DNA of 64,000 bases. It comes from Dipteris shenzhenensis (lineage: Eukaryota). Shown here in pieces: positions 38,846-51,119 of the stretch. The stretch's first letter is position 1. The number at the start of each line of letters is the position of its first letter. The position numbers and the translations under genes were made by a program. The notes below the pieces were generated by a model that saw nothing but the letters and a program-made list of their open reading frames with translations, searched no databases and was not told where the DNA came from. The stretch is taken from the NCBI GenBank assembly GCA_047967505.1, contig CM106538.1; one strand, given 5' to 3'.

Positions 38846-39094
38846 ATATGATTGTCCTGAACCAATGTGGTTGAACAGACATTAGTTATTGACCAGCCTA
38901 TTGGTTGAAATTATTGTGTTTCTTAGTACTTAAATTTGTTAAATTTAATTTCCTGCTATTTAGGTCATACACCAATGTTAAATTGTGGAATTCAGAAATG
39001 AAAAGCAATATATTGTTATTTTCTAATGGTGAAATTCATAAATGAAAAGCAATGTACTTGTTATTGTCTAATATGTGAAGTTAAGACCACTAGG

Positions 39095-39240
39095 CTAAAC
39101 CATCCCGGTGGTTGAAACTGTGACAATCTCCTAAACCATCCCGGTGGTTGAAATTGTGACTGTCCTAAACGTGTCCTAAACTAGCCCAGTGATTGAAAAT
39201 GTGATTGTCCTAAACCAGCACGATGGTTGAAAATTGTTTT
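39095..39240. repeat. Short tandem repeat, ~37-bp unit x4
   Basis: CTAAACCATCCCGGTGGTTGAAA.TGTGAC at ~39095, 39131, 39176 and 39210. Confidence 0.8.
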
Positions 39241-39399
39241 GCTTCATTGTAAACTTTAATTAGACTGTGACCTGGAATGTTTGTTGTTGCAAAACACACA
39301 TAGACTTTGACTTGGACCGACAAGCTATGAATGACTTGAGATATGGTCATGTTGGAGCATTGGTCCATGGCAATCGATGCCCATGCCTCCCCAATTAAT

Positions 39400-39851
39400 G
39401 CACAATGCATCATCTCACATGACAAATCATCAGGAATGGTTCACAGAGTTGAAACCATTATAAGGTCAAAACAAGATCATCTACACAGCAGCAGATAATA
39501 CACTGAATCGAGGTCAAGGGACATGCATTATCCCTATGAACAATTTCACTAGTACAAAAGGATTGGTGAAAGATGTACTCTACATTCCGAAGCTCAACAA
39601 GAACCTTTTGTCAGTAGGTCAAATGACAGAACACAACTATCGAGTCACCTTCGACGGAGATGAATGCACTGTCAGAGACAAATCCAGAAGATTTAGCTAC
39701 TAGGAAAAGGTGTTAAGGAGGGACGCTTGTACAGAATGCTAGCTATAGTACCAGATTTGCATGCATGTTAGCTCAACTGTAACAGATGCCACTATCTACA
39801 AAATGGCACAAGAGATATGGTCATGTCAATTTCAAGAGCTTGCTAGATCTC
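39400..39851 (+). mobile_element. Ty1/copia fragment, part 1 (protease region to GAG-pre-integrase)
   Basis: DVLYIPKLNKNLLSVGQMTEHNYRVTF and WHKRYGHVNFKS. Continues at 60337. Confidence 0.85.
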
Positions 39852-41067
39852 TGTTAACCCTGTGGCAACAAGGCCCAGAAGTCTAGTCTAGGACAACAAC
39901 TATGAGAGCATTGTGTGTGGAGGAGAGGCGAAGCTCCGGTTGTGATATCTTGAGCTTGAAAGATAGTATGATAAATCTGATAGCCAAAATCCTCTCTAGA
40001 AAAGATCCAATCATACTTGCAAAATTAGAATCTAGAGAGAGAGAAACTAAATCTAGAGAGAGAAATACTAAAAGCCTATACTTTCAGAGGTCCCTCCACT
40101 TTGTGTAGAGACCCAAAAGGTCCCCCTTAAAAGTGGAGAGACCAACATGTATAAATATCTCTCAATGGAATGAAGCTCCCACTCTTTGGGATTTAGTGTT
40201 CAAGCTCACTATTGTGTTCATGCGATTGATTTCCTCGAATTTTTTGAGTACATTTTTTTATATTTTAAAACTCTTATGGACGTCCAAAATGCAAAAAACA
40301 CGTTTTTAATAACCGGTCAATGGACATTGGTTGACTGGCTAAATGCCGCTTGGTGTATACAACACAGTGCGGTATTTGACTGAATATATTACACGGTGTA
40401 ATAAAACACCACACGGTGAAAGAAACACCTATTGGTAAACCCCTACACCAATTGGTATCAAATGCAATGATCGGTGAATCCCTACACCGAGCTGTGTATT
40501 AGGATTACACTAGCCGGTGTAGTCCATTGGGACACATGGTGCAGATGCATTGGCTAAAAAACATCGACCGGTGTGGCGACATACTGACTGGTATGTTGAG
40601 TTGGGTCTATAAAAGGCGAGCTTCGCAACATTTGTTTTCACCCTTGACCAGAATTCATCACTATCTTTTGATATTTCCCACATTTCGACTGTATTCGACT
40701 ACTTTCCCCCTTCTCCTTCAGGCTTTTGGTGAGCTTCTAGCCTTGCTTTTATTTTTAGTTAGGGCCGGGTGAAATGTTTTTGAGGTAAACCCCCCTTTTG
40801 GTAGTTGATATTAGGAGCACTTAATCTATTTTAGTTTTATCCTTTATTTTGGTGTGGTGACTTTCTCGTATGATATAATATTGTTATAGTTAAGATATGA
40901 CACTTTGTGGCTATTATGTGTAGAATATAAAGATGTTTATTTATGAAATGTGACTTATAATGCAACCTGCTAGGCTAACCACTCTTGTTAATTGATAAAT
41001 TAATCTTGTGAAAATGACTTTTAAACAAATTTTTGTCACTCTTAATGGTTTAATATACTTATAAACA

Positions 41068-42250
41068 CACTATAAGACATGGGCCTCTTTCTGACACCCA
41101 TACCGACGCTAAATATGATGAATTTTTTTTTAACGAGTGGAAAGTGTCAGAAAATCTATCACAATGGACGTAGCAAAGAAAGCATCGGTATGGGTGTCGG
41201 TGTCACGTTCGGTAAAATATATCCAACAATGTCAGTATGGGCATTGGTGTAAGCATCTATATATACCAACACTGTAGTGTGGGTATAAGCGTCAGTATAT
41301 ACCAACGTTTTTATGGAAGCTAAATAAAAACTATGTGGGGCAGGATGTTTCAGTCCCATCGTGCCCCACATAAATTTTTTTCCATTAAAATCACAATGAA
41401 ATGCGATGATGCGATACAAATGCGAAGCTGTACATTACAATTTTGCAATGAAAGTCTACAAAGTAATGTCAACATGGTACAAAATGGCAAATCCACTGAA
41501 GTAATACGCTAATGCGTTACAAAATAGCAAAAGTACCGAACTCCAAAATGGCAAATCTACCGAGGCACGCAATCTACTACAAAATGGCAGTAGTGCCAAA
41601 ATATTGAACCTAGTAAATATTGTTCTATCCTACTCCTTGTCCTGCTCGTCCTTCTCACTCTCCTAGCCCTTGGTTTCTAGTCTACGTGCAGCCTCCTCTC
41701 CCTCGGTCTCTCTGTGTGTGCCATGCCCGATCCCTCGCCCTCCTTTACTGTGTACCGAGCAGTTTCTTCCTCAGATCCCGTTTCTCCATCTAGATCTCCA
41801 AATGGGTCAGACATGCCTCCTTGAGAATAAAACAAGTTAGAAAAACTAAGAGCATTGATTGTAAGCCAATGGTGATAGTCAAATGATAACGAAGAGGAAT
41901 AGGGTATACTCACATGATGTGCCGCCACCCTTTCCCAATCGATGTGGAGTCCTTCTCTCTCCTTCTCCTTAAACCATGCCCTGACTCCAATCATGAAGGC
42001 CCTTCTGTACTCCTCATTGTCTAGAGGGCTTCCAATTGTCGATTCCTATGGATCCAAATTGAATTAGTTATATATAAATGACAAGACATTTGAAACTCAA
42101 ATTCAATTTACTAAAACTATGAAAAGAGATCAACGTTCGCTTAGATGTAGCCAATCGTGGAACTATTTTTGGGGCCATGATGCGATGCGCTCCTGAGTGA
42201 ATATTTGAATTTTGCATGGACCCGTGCTCTCGTCGGAAATTTTCTCAATG
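41068..42250 (-). mobile_element. CACTA end fragment with a spliced ORF2-like remnant, nested in the gypsy 5' LTR
   Basis: CACTATAAGA at 41068 with ACCGAC/GTCGGT subterminal repeats. Exon 41914-42035 (PLDNEEY...GVRAWFKEKERE..HIDWERVAAHH) followed by a GTGAGT donor. Confidence 0.65.
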
Positions 42251-42889
42251 TCATAAAGGCACACTGGAGTAATAATGAGACACAATCTATTAGTTTAGAA
42301 CACCGCATAGCTCAACACACATCATCTCTACATTACTTTGCATTGAGCAGTCTTTGGCCTACACCACCTGATCACTTATCATCGCATAGCCTTTTGTTGC
42401 AGCTTTGCCACCTGTCACTAGGCACTCACCCATGTAGATCATTAAAATTGAAGGTTGGCTTGGATAGACCACTACGTTGGTTATTGGTGTAATAGTTAGA
42501 TGCAATCTATCATTCTAAACACCACCAGTCATCATGAAGCCTTTTGCCGTATCTTCGCCCGTAGCCCATGCAACTCATAGGTTGGCTTAGACAAACCATC
42601 GCGCTAGTTTTTGGTGTAATAATGAGATGCAATCTATCATTCTAAGCATTGTATCAATGTAGTTTGACGACCTATCATCGCCCAGAATTCAAGGTTGTCT
42701 TGGAGAGACCACCACACTGGTTCTTGGATTTATAGCTCCATTACCTATTTTTACATATTACAAGAGGAGGTCTATGACGAACAGTGTGCTAGCAAATAGA
42801 AGGAGCTCTATGAAAGCCACTGCATTGGTCCTTTGATTTATAAATTTGTGTAACAAGGAAAATGCATTATGTTGTGCAACCAAGCAAAG

Positions 42890-43042
42890 TGCAATTGATG
42901 ATATGGCCCTTGAGGGGTCCCCTCTAGGGGCAAGGGCCATATCGACATGCCATTTCTCTCTAGTGGCATCCTGGATAATGTATAATGCACATCGATCCTT
43001 GACCCTAGAGGGGACCGCTCAAGGTCCATATTGTTAATTGCA
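42890..43042. repeat. ~150-bp hairpin / MITE-like inverted repeat
   Basis: TGCAATTGATGATATGGCCCTTGAGGGGTCCCCTCTAGGG pairs with CCCTAGAGGGGACCGCTCAAGGTCCATATTGTTAATTGCA. Confidence 0.8.
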
Positions 43043-43371
43043 TTTTCAAAAAGCTTAATTGCATTTTTCTAGATGTATCTCCATGCAACCACAATGGTGG
43101 GGTCGTTGGAGGTATTTTAGCACTATTTTGGTCATAAACCAAGGAAATTGTAGTCCTTCTTTCCTAGTATTTTAGTCCTTATTGCATTAAATATAAATAA
43201 GGGCAAAAGTACAATTTATCGAGTGAAAATTGAGCAAAAGAGATTACAATGTACATCTACATCCAATAACAGGTTATATAAAAATTATCAACTTATACCA
43301 GGCAAAATTTGAACAAAGGATTTTACATTTATAAAAACTCGGCAATTTCTTAGAGCCTTAAAGGCCCTGAA

Positions 43372-45019
43372 GAGCAGAGAAATGGTGGTGCATCTTCTTC
43401 AGGAGGAACTTCAAAAGAAACTGTCTTCTACTCAAATGCTAGAAGAGGTAGAGGCAGAGGTAGGGGAGGCCGATCTGGAGGCTGTGGTAGAAATCAAAAT
43501 ATGCAGCAAACTCAAGAAAACCAGTCCTATGGAGGAGGACGTGGTCACTCTAGAGGCAGGGGGAGCCAAAGAGGTCGTGGTGGATGGCAGAGAGGCCAAA
43601 ATGCAAACAGCAATGTTGAATGCTACTATTGTGGTAAAATGGGTGATATGGCTAAAGACTGCTACAAAAAGCAGAATGACATTATGAATGGAAAATTGCA
43701 GCAAGGCAATTATGCATCCTCTAGTAGACACAGTGATGACAAAAATGAGCATTTGTTTATGGTGCAGCACATGACCAATTCCATGACAAGTGTAGAAGAA
43801 AGAAATGATGTGTGGTATGTTGACTCAGGTGCATCAAACCACATGACAGGTCATGCAGAATGGATGCAAGATGCAAGGAAAATGGAAAAACTAGGATTTA
43901 TGGAGACTGGTGATGATACTGCACATCCTATTGTGCAGATTGGTAAAATTCCTTTGTCTATGTAGGATGGAAAAAAGAAATACCTATTCGATGTATTTCA
44001 TGTCCCGAATATCACCAAGAACCTAATTTCTGTTGGTCAAATGGTTGAGCAAGGCTTGCAGGTTAGATTTAATCCTCATGGATGCTTTGTTGAGGATATG
44101 AAAATAACGGTCGCTTGATAGCAAAAGGAAAGAAGAAGGGCAGGATGTTTACGTTGGATGCGGACATGCCTGAATTGAGTGTAGCAATGTTTGCACATGG
44201 GACCGGTGTAGTTGCAGATATTAATATCTGGCATAAACGCATTGGTCATGTTAATGTATAGCGACTTAAATCAATGCAGGCCCAAAATATTGTTGCAGGA
44301 TTGCCTAAATTCAAGGTTGCAAAAATGCATAATGTATGTGAAGCCTGTCAATTTGGAAAACAGGCAAGGAAACCATTTCCTAGACATGTTCAAGAGAGTA
44401 AGAAGCCATTGAAATTAATCCACTCTGATGTGTGGACTACTAAAGCTGCATCTATTGGAGGCTGTCATTATTTTGTCACTTTTATTGATGACTATAGCAA
44501 AAAAGTTTGGGTGTACTTTATGAAAAAGAAAAGTGAAGTGTTTGGGAATTTCAAAGCTTTTCAAGCTATGGTTGAAAAAGAAACAGGCCTGCAAATAAAA
44601 TGCCTAAGGTCAGATGGAGGGGGAGAGTACCTCTCAAATGAGTTTGCAAGGTTCCTGCAGGAGCATGGCATAAAGTATTCATGCAGTCATACCCCACAGC
44701 AAAATGGACTTGCAGAAAGGAAAAACAGGCATATTGGAGAGGTATCTCAGGCCATGCTAAATGAAAAAGACCTACCAGATTATTATTGGGCTGAAGCAGT
44801 TGCTACAGCAGTTTACATAATGAACAGGACTCCCACTGCAGCAATACATGGCATGACGCTAGAGGAGATGTATACTGGTAGGAAACTAGATATTTCTCAT
44901 TTGAAAATTTTTGGTTGCATTGCCTATGTTCATGTTCCAGATGAGTTGAGGTCCAAGTTGGATCCAAAAGCTGAGAAGTGCATCTTTATTGGTTATTCTC
45001 TGCAGCAGAATGGGTATAG
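43372..45019 (+). mobile_element. Ty1/copia internal fragment (gag zinc knuckle, protease, integrase)
   Basis: CYYCGKMGDMAKDC and WYVDSGASNHM (43501-43965); CEACQFGKQ...IHSDVW...LRSDGGGEY...PQQNGLAERKNR...KCIFIGY (44274-45023). Confidence 0.92.
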
Positions 45020-45025
45020 CTAGGT

Positions 45026-47830
45026 GTGGTAATTGAAAAGTATCATAGTGATGTATCAGGCATCGATACCATCCACTTAATAAAATGGCCCATTGCACAA
45101 ATAACCTTTTTAGATGGAACTTCATTAAGAATCAATGACACCATGAATTTTCCAAGTGGTTCTAGGCAAGAGCACATGGAAGATGAGGACCCAAATGAAA
45201 AATCCACATAAAAGAGGCGTTACTACATGATAAAGAGAAAAGCTAAAAAGCATGGCATGCCATTAGCATCATCTAGACTCACAAGGGATGCAGTCACAAA
45301 AGTATCTATGATTGATTGTTGTAAACAAAATTGTTGTCAATTTGCCGATCATCAAATGATATCCAAATTACGCATAGAGTATTGGGACCAAAGTTTGGAG
45401 GCTCGCACCAATTATATATATGACACTCTTGGGGTTGCTTGTCGAAAAGATGACAATGGGTAGTTCAAATATGTCTTTTCATTGAATGGTATGCAAGTTT
45501 GTTGTAGAGCATGGTATTCCAAAAACAACATTTTATCGATACAGGGAGCAATTTGAAATTGGTATATGAAGGTGCATCAATGGTAATAAAGGAATCGTGC
45601 GGAGAGGTTGGGACCACACAGAACTGGGTAGAGCCATAATCCAAGATTTTGTGGATAAAAATTCTGAGCATATGCCACACAAAAGTAGAACACTTCAGGA
45701 TGGATCAAGGGAAACACAGTTGGTGATACCGGATGTATACAAGCAGGTTGATATCCTCTATGAGTTTAACATGCAGTTAAAGCATCGTTTGGGTTGTAAG
45801 GAGATGTCAACTTCCACATTCAACCATATATGGAACTCTGAATTCAAGCATGTAACTTTGTCAAAAACAAGTGAATTCTCTAAGTGTGGTTTATGTAGTG
45901 CAGTCAAGGCTCAGCTTGCAGTGACAACATGCCAAAATGAATGTAATAAGTTGATGGAAGATAGAAGAAAGCACGTGTTACAACAAAAAAGTTGTTAAAA
46001 TGTGTACTACACTTGGCGCAGATTTTCTGAAATGTATCCTCAGACATACTTGTGCATTATCCATGATAAGATGGACCAAAAGAAGACAGCCATCCCTAGA
46101 TTACGTAATCGTTCAAAGGACATTGAAAAATCCTTTCAGCTCCCAATGGCTTTGACTTTCATGATAACACATGGACATGGTCAAGGATGTTATGGTCACT
46201 TTTCTTTATCCTTCTGGCCGTCGGATCCTAACTTCACAATCGGTTCATTGGCTTTGTGTTTGAGAAATCTTGAAAGATTCGATAACCATGCACTTGGAGA
46301 TTTGGTACATGATGGGATGCCAAGGTCTGACAACGCTCTGCTAAATGCACTAACCTCAAGAGAAGCATTGGATTCTCACTATGTTTCTAATGACAAGCAA
46401 CAACTTCATCTTGGAGCAGTGGGTGGAACATTAAAAGACCTTGGACTTGGAAGTTCCCATCAAGAAAATCCTTATAAGAAACTACCCGAACACCTATTGT
46501 TGCAGTTGGATAATTGTGGTTCTGAAAACAAGAATAGGTACTTGTTTGCATACCTATCATTACTTGTTGCTCGAGGGATTTTCAAGTCAATTAAATTGGG
46601 ATTCTTGATGGTTGGGCATACACATGAGGATATTGATGCAATGATCAGCAGGTTTTCAGAGAGGTTAAGAACTAGCCAAACATTGACATTTGCACATCTC
46701 ATGGATACTTTTAGACAATGTGAGGAGTCTTCTCCAATGCCATTTTTGGTAATGGAAGTCCCTGATTTCAAGAGCTATGTTGATGGATGCCTATGCGATG
46801 GGCAAGATGCTTTAGTGGGACACTCAAAGCCTCTCCAATTTCGGTTCTTTATGCGAAATGAAGCTCCTATCATGCAATATAAAGTGCATCCATGATCATT
46901 AGATTGGCAACCAAGTGAAGGTGGCATTGAGTTGTGGAAGAGACATCCGGATGGTCATCCAATGCTACCAAGTGGAGAGCCACCTTGTGTACCCATGTTC
47001 CAGTATGTGAAGGATCACTCAGATGTGATAGTTGGTATCAAGGAGTATGGACACTTTTGGGGAAAATGGGTGCACCTACAAGGTCCAAAAGCATCTTTCA
47101 CAAAGTTTTACAAGCCGGTAGTGAAGTACTGAAGAACATGATTAATGAGCTTGATAAACCAAACAATAGTGTAGAGGGCATGTATGAGAGATTTTGGCCA
47201 AAGATGCAACATATTGATTGTGTGCAAGTAGTTGATAATGAAAACGATGAGTTTCAAGGAATTGAAGAGTTGAATGATCACTACTGTGGACCTCAAAGGA
47301 AAAAGCCAAAACAATCATTTGATCTAATGGTTGATGTACAAAAAGGACACTTTCTTTTGGTCCGGACCAGCAGAAAAATTTACCCAATTTGGCTAGGCAT
47401 TGCTCAAACTGATGTACAGAAGGATAATAAATCTAAAAATTTCAAGAAGGTTTTCATACAATATTGGGCACCTATATGCAAAAGACGCAATGCACAAATT
47501 GAGGAGGTGTCTGTAGATTGTTGGAACAAGATTTGGATGTGCAATAAAGGTGATCCTCCACGTTGGGAATCTGTTGATGCTATTGTATGGCCATGGGTTC
47601 CAAAAGGTAACCTCTCAAAGAAGGTTTTCTCGAAGAGTAGCAACCTCCCCATCAAGGTGAAGATACCAACCATTACACGCAAGCGAGCTTTATCTAGTTT
47701 GTCTCATAGTACAGATTCCAACTCTGATGCTGAGTCCACAATGGATGGAAAACATTGAATGTTACATAATCACAACCCCTCAAAAATTCCCAAATTATTA
47801 GGATTTTCCCAAATTCTCTAATATGGTGTT
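45026..47830 (+). mobile_element. Sola-like (DUF7869-type) transposon: fragmented transposase plus right terminus
   Basis: FSKCGLC, IIHDKMDQ, LQLDNCGSENKN and FLMVGHTHEDID in ORFs 45597-46895; C-terminal domain 47137-47758. Terminal TTCCCAAATTCTCTAATATGGTGTT ends at 47830, directly against LTR sequence. Confidence 0.82.
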
Positions 47831-48397
47831 CCCTCCTCTTCCTCCCTCTCTTCTCCTCCCTCCTCCTCCTCCCTCCTCCTTCCTCCCTCCCTTCTCCTCC
47901 CTCCTCCTCCTCCTCCCTTCTCCTCCATCTCCTCCTCCTCCCTCCTCCTCCTCCTTCTTCCTTCTCCTCCCTTCTCCTCCTCATCCCTCCTCCTTGTCCC
48001 TCCCTTCTCCTCAACCCTTACCCCTCGAATCCGCGAAGGAGACTAGCTTTCCACTCCTCAACCTTGGACTCCTCCTTAACCCTGCAACCCCCTCTGAACC
48101 GTGGAACTCCTAGTTAAATCTCTCAACCCTATCCCCACTTCTAACCGTGAAATCCCCTTCTAAATCCTTGAACTCCCGTGGAGGTGAGAGCCTCCATCAA
48201 TCGTTATAATCAAGCCCTCTTTCTCATTCATAAATGCATGAGATCTACTTTCCATGCTTTAGTCTACACCTCTTAGCGGAACATGACCCGAGGACCTATG
48301 CTACACTTGTGAACACCTATGCTACAACAAGCAACGACACGATTGTAGGTGACCAACAGCCTCGGAACCTACACTTGGGTAAAATAGGGACAACATT

Positions 48398-48415
48398 TGG
48401 CACCGCTGCCGGGGA
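48398..48415 (+). promoter_or_regulatory. Primer-binding site complementary to the tRNA-Asp 3' end
   Basis: TGGCACCGCTGCCGGGGA just after the LTR end (...GGACAACA); 16/18 match to the recalled plant Asp PBS TGGCGCCGTTGCCGGGGA. Confidence 0.88.
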
Positions 48416-48729
48416 GGTTAGCGCCTGAAGTGAAAGCAGAGCACGTGCTTGCATGTGTGAAAAAAAAAAAAAAAGAACCCCCTACGAAAAACCATACATG
48501 ATACATCCCTCAAGGCAAATGAGTAAAAAAATGCTTCCAAATAATGCAAAAGGATAATGTTGACTTACAAAACCACATTAATACACTAAACACCCAAAAT
48601 TAACCCTTAATCCCCCCACATCCTATAAAAGCAACTCCAAACCCCGCATTTCTTTCCCCACCCTTTTGCTAGCCACTTCATTTTCCAAATTCCATTCAGC
48701 CGCCATAATTTTCGTCTTTCTCTATTTTC

Positions 48730-49757
48730 TGTCCACCACCACCACCACCACTTTTTCCATCAATCCCCCCTCACCACCACTTTTTCCGTCACCCCCTCCC
48801 CTTCCATCTCCATCTCCACCTCCCATCATCTTCCTCCCCACCACCTCCACTTTTTTCATCCATCCCCCACTCAAGGTAACCATATCCCTACCTCTCTCTA
48901 CACCCCATCTCCCCTTTTTCCCCTCCCCCTCCATCTTCCATCTCATCCACCACCATCCAATCTCCACCATCTCTCTACCTCTCTCTACACCCCATCTCCC
49001 CTTTCTCCCCTCCCCCTCCATCTCCCATCTCCTCCTCCACCCCCCAATCTCCACCATCTCTCTACCTCTCTCTACACCCCATCTCCCCTTTTTTTCCTCC
49101 CCCTCCATCTCCCATCTCCTCCACCTTCTCTCTACCTCTCTCCACATGCCATCTCCCCTTTTTCCCCTCCCCCTCCATCTCCCATCTCCTCCACCACCCC
49201 CCATCTCCTCCAACCCCCATCTCCATCACCCTCCACTCCACTATCTCTCTACCTCTCTCTATCCCCCTCCACCTCCACCTCCCTTCTCCCGCACCCCCTC
49301 CACCCCCACCTCCTTCCCCCCCTTTCCCTCTTTCCCCCCCATCTCCACCTCCACCCCCCACTCTCTTCCCCCCCACCTCCACCACCCATTTCCCCCCCCT
49401 TTCCCTTTTTCCCCCCATCTCCACCTCCACCACCCATTTCCCCCCCCTTTCCCTCTTTCCCCTCCATCTCCACCTCCACCCCCCATTCCCTCCCCCCCCA
49501 CCTCCACCACCCATTCCCCCCCCCCCTTCCCTCTTTCGCCCCCATCTCCATGTCCACCCCCCATTCCCTTTCCCTCCAGCTCCAGCTCCACCCCCCCCCC
49601 CTTTTCCTCTTTCCCCCCCCATCTCCACCTCCACTCCCCCTTCCCTCTTTCCCCCCATCTCCACCTCCACCCCCCCTTTACCCCCTCCACCCCCCCCCTT
49701 TCCCTCTCTCCCCCCCATCTCCACCTCCACCCCCCCTTCTCTCTCTCTCTCTTCCTC

Positions 49758-49789
<32 letters not shown>

Positions 49790-49835
49790 TTTCCCTCCCT
49801 CCCTCCCCAGCAGTCCCCCCTCCCCCACTCTCTCT
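48730..49835. repeat. C-rich polypyrimidine low-complexity tract in the gypsy leader
   Basis: ~1.1 kb almost without G on +. ~87-bp units (CATCTCTCTACCTCTCTCTACACCCCATCTCCCCTTT), then CCCCATCTCCACCTCCACC units. Confidence 0.9.
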
Positions 49836-51119
49836 AATCCCCAGGGCCATGGAAGGCCTTGGGCTGTGACTGCCCTGCCAGCTAGGCACGGTGCCTGTGC
49901 AAAGGTGGCAGTGCCCACCTGAAACAAAGCCCCACCTGCGCACCACGCGGCGATGCCCAACGCTCGCCAGCCTTAGCCTTAAGGCTTTAAATTCATCCCC
50001 CCCCCTCTCAAAAAAAAAAAAAACACCTAAGCCATTGCCCACTGACCCCCCCCTCAGAAAACAAAGGGGGTTAAAGTAACCCTAAAAACTAACCATAGTT
50101 AGGTTAGTTGAACTTAGGTTAGGTTAACTGACTATAGGGCTAGATTGAGTTAACTGTGTATCAATTAGTAATTCACTTTAGTTAATTGGGTTAACTACAG
50201 TCACACTAGGTGATTCAGTTAGATAACTAGGTTAGATTAAGGCCTAGTACAACAACTAAGTCCAAACTAACTAGCAGTTAGTGCACAACACTAGTTAGCT
50301 CAAAGGTCTAGGACCATTCAAACTTGGCCCTAAAGACAAAAGGGCCCCTAAAATCCCCTAACTTTGAGGGTCCATATCTTGCCTGTTTGGGACCCAAATT
50401 GGACCCAGATTGTGAAGCACAACTTCACATATGAACCATTAAGCTATGGGAAATTTTTCTAACCAATCCCACACCATTTAGGGATCCATAAACACGTTAA
50501 TTTGTGCCTCCATGTGGGTGACTTTTTCGCACTAATTCACTCATAAGATTGCGCCAAGACCTCCGATTGACAATTCGTCTGCACCGGCAAATTTTCCCAC
50601 TCACATGAACAATCCTAGGCACGTTTTTAACACAACAGTTCCTATGACACTAACCAACTCTAACCCCCCTAACAATTTTGACTCCTTTTTTGGGAACCCA
50701 TATCACGGCCGTTTAAAGAACAAATTGGATCCGGATTGAACCCAGATTTCATGCATGTAATTAAGATCTATTGTAAATGAAGTGTTTCGACGTGTTTAAC
50801 TATCAATTTCAGGCTCGGGTAGTTGCCTAATGTAGGCACTGATTTTGACCTGCCGCTTGTTTATTTTTTACCATTTTCGGGTCCACGAATGTCGAAATCA
50901 TAATCAGACTTCGCAGTCATATGCACCCACCTAAAAGTCACAAATAGGACTTGTTTCTGCACCTAAGATCATGAAAAGACTAGAACCTGGCTACTTCCGA
51001 GAGCTTTTTTCGACCCTCGCCGCTCTTCAAAAATTCAACCTCTCACCATCAACAAGCAGCATGGAGGAAATTACAATTGAAGAAGCAATAAGTAGCAATG
51101 ATCAAATTCCTTTAGAACA

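Noticed and set aside
48666-50042. Long Pro-rich (extensin-like) and Gly/Arg-rich ORFs (also 47694-48113 and 59417-60019)
   Set aside because: Stop-free frames on both strands arise from low-complexity C/T tracts within the retroelement leader and LTRs.
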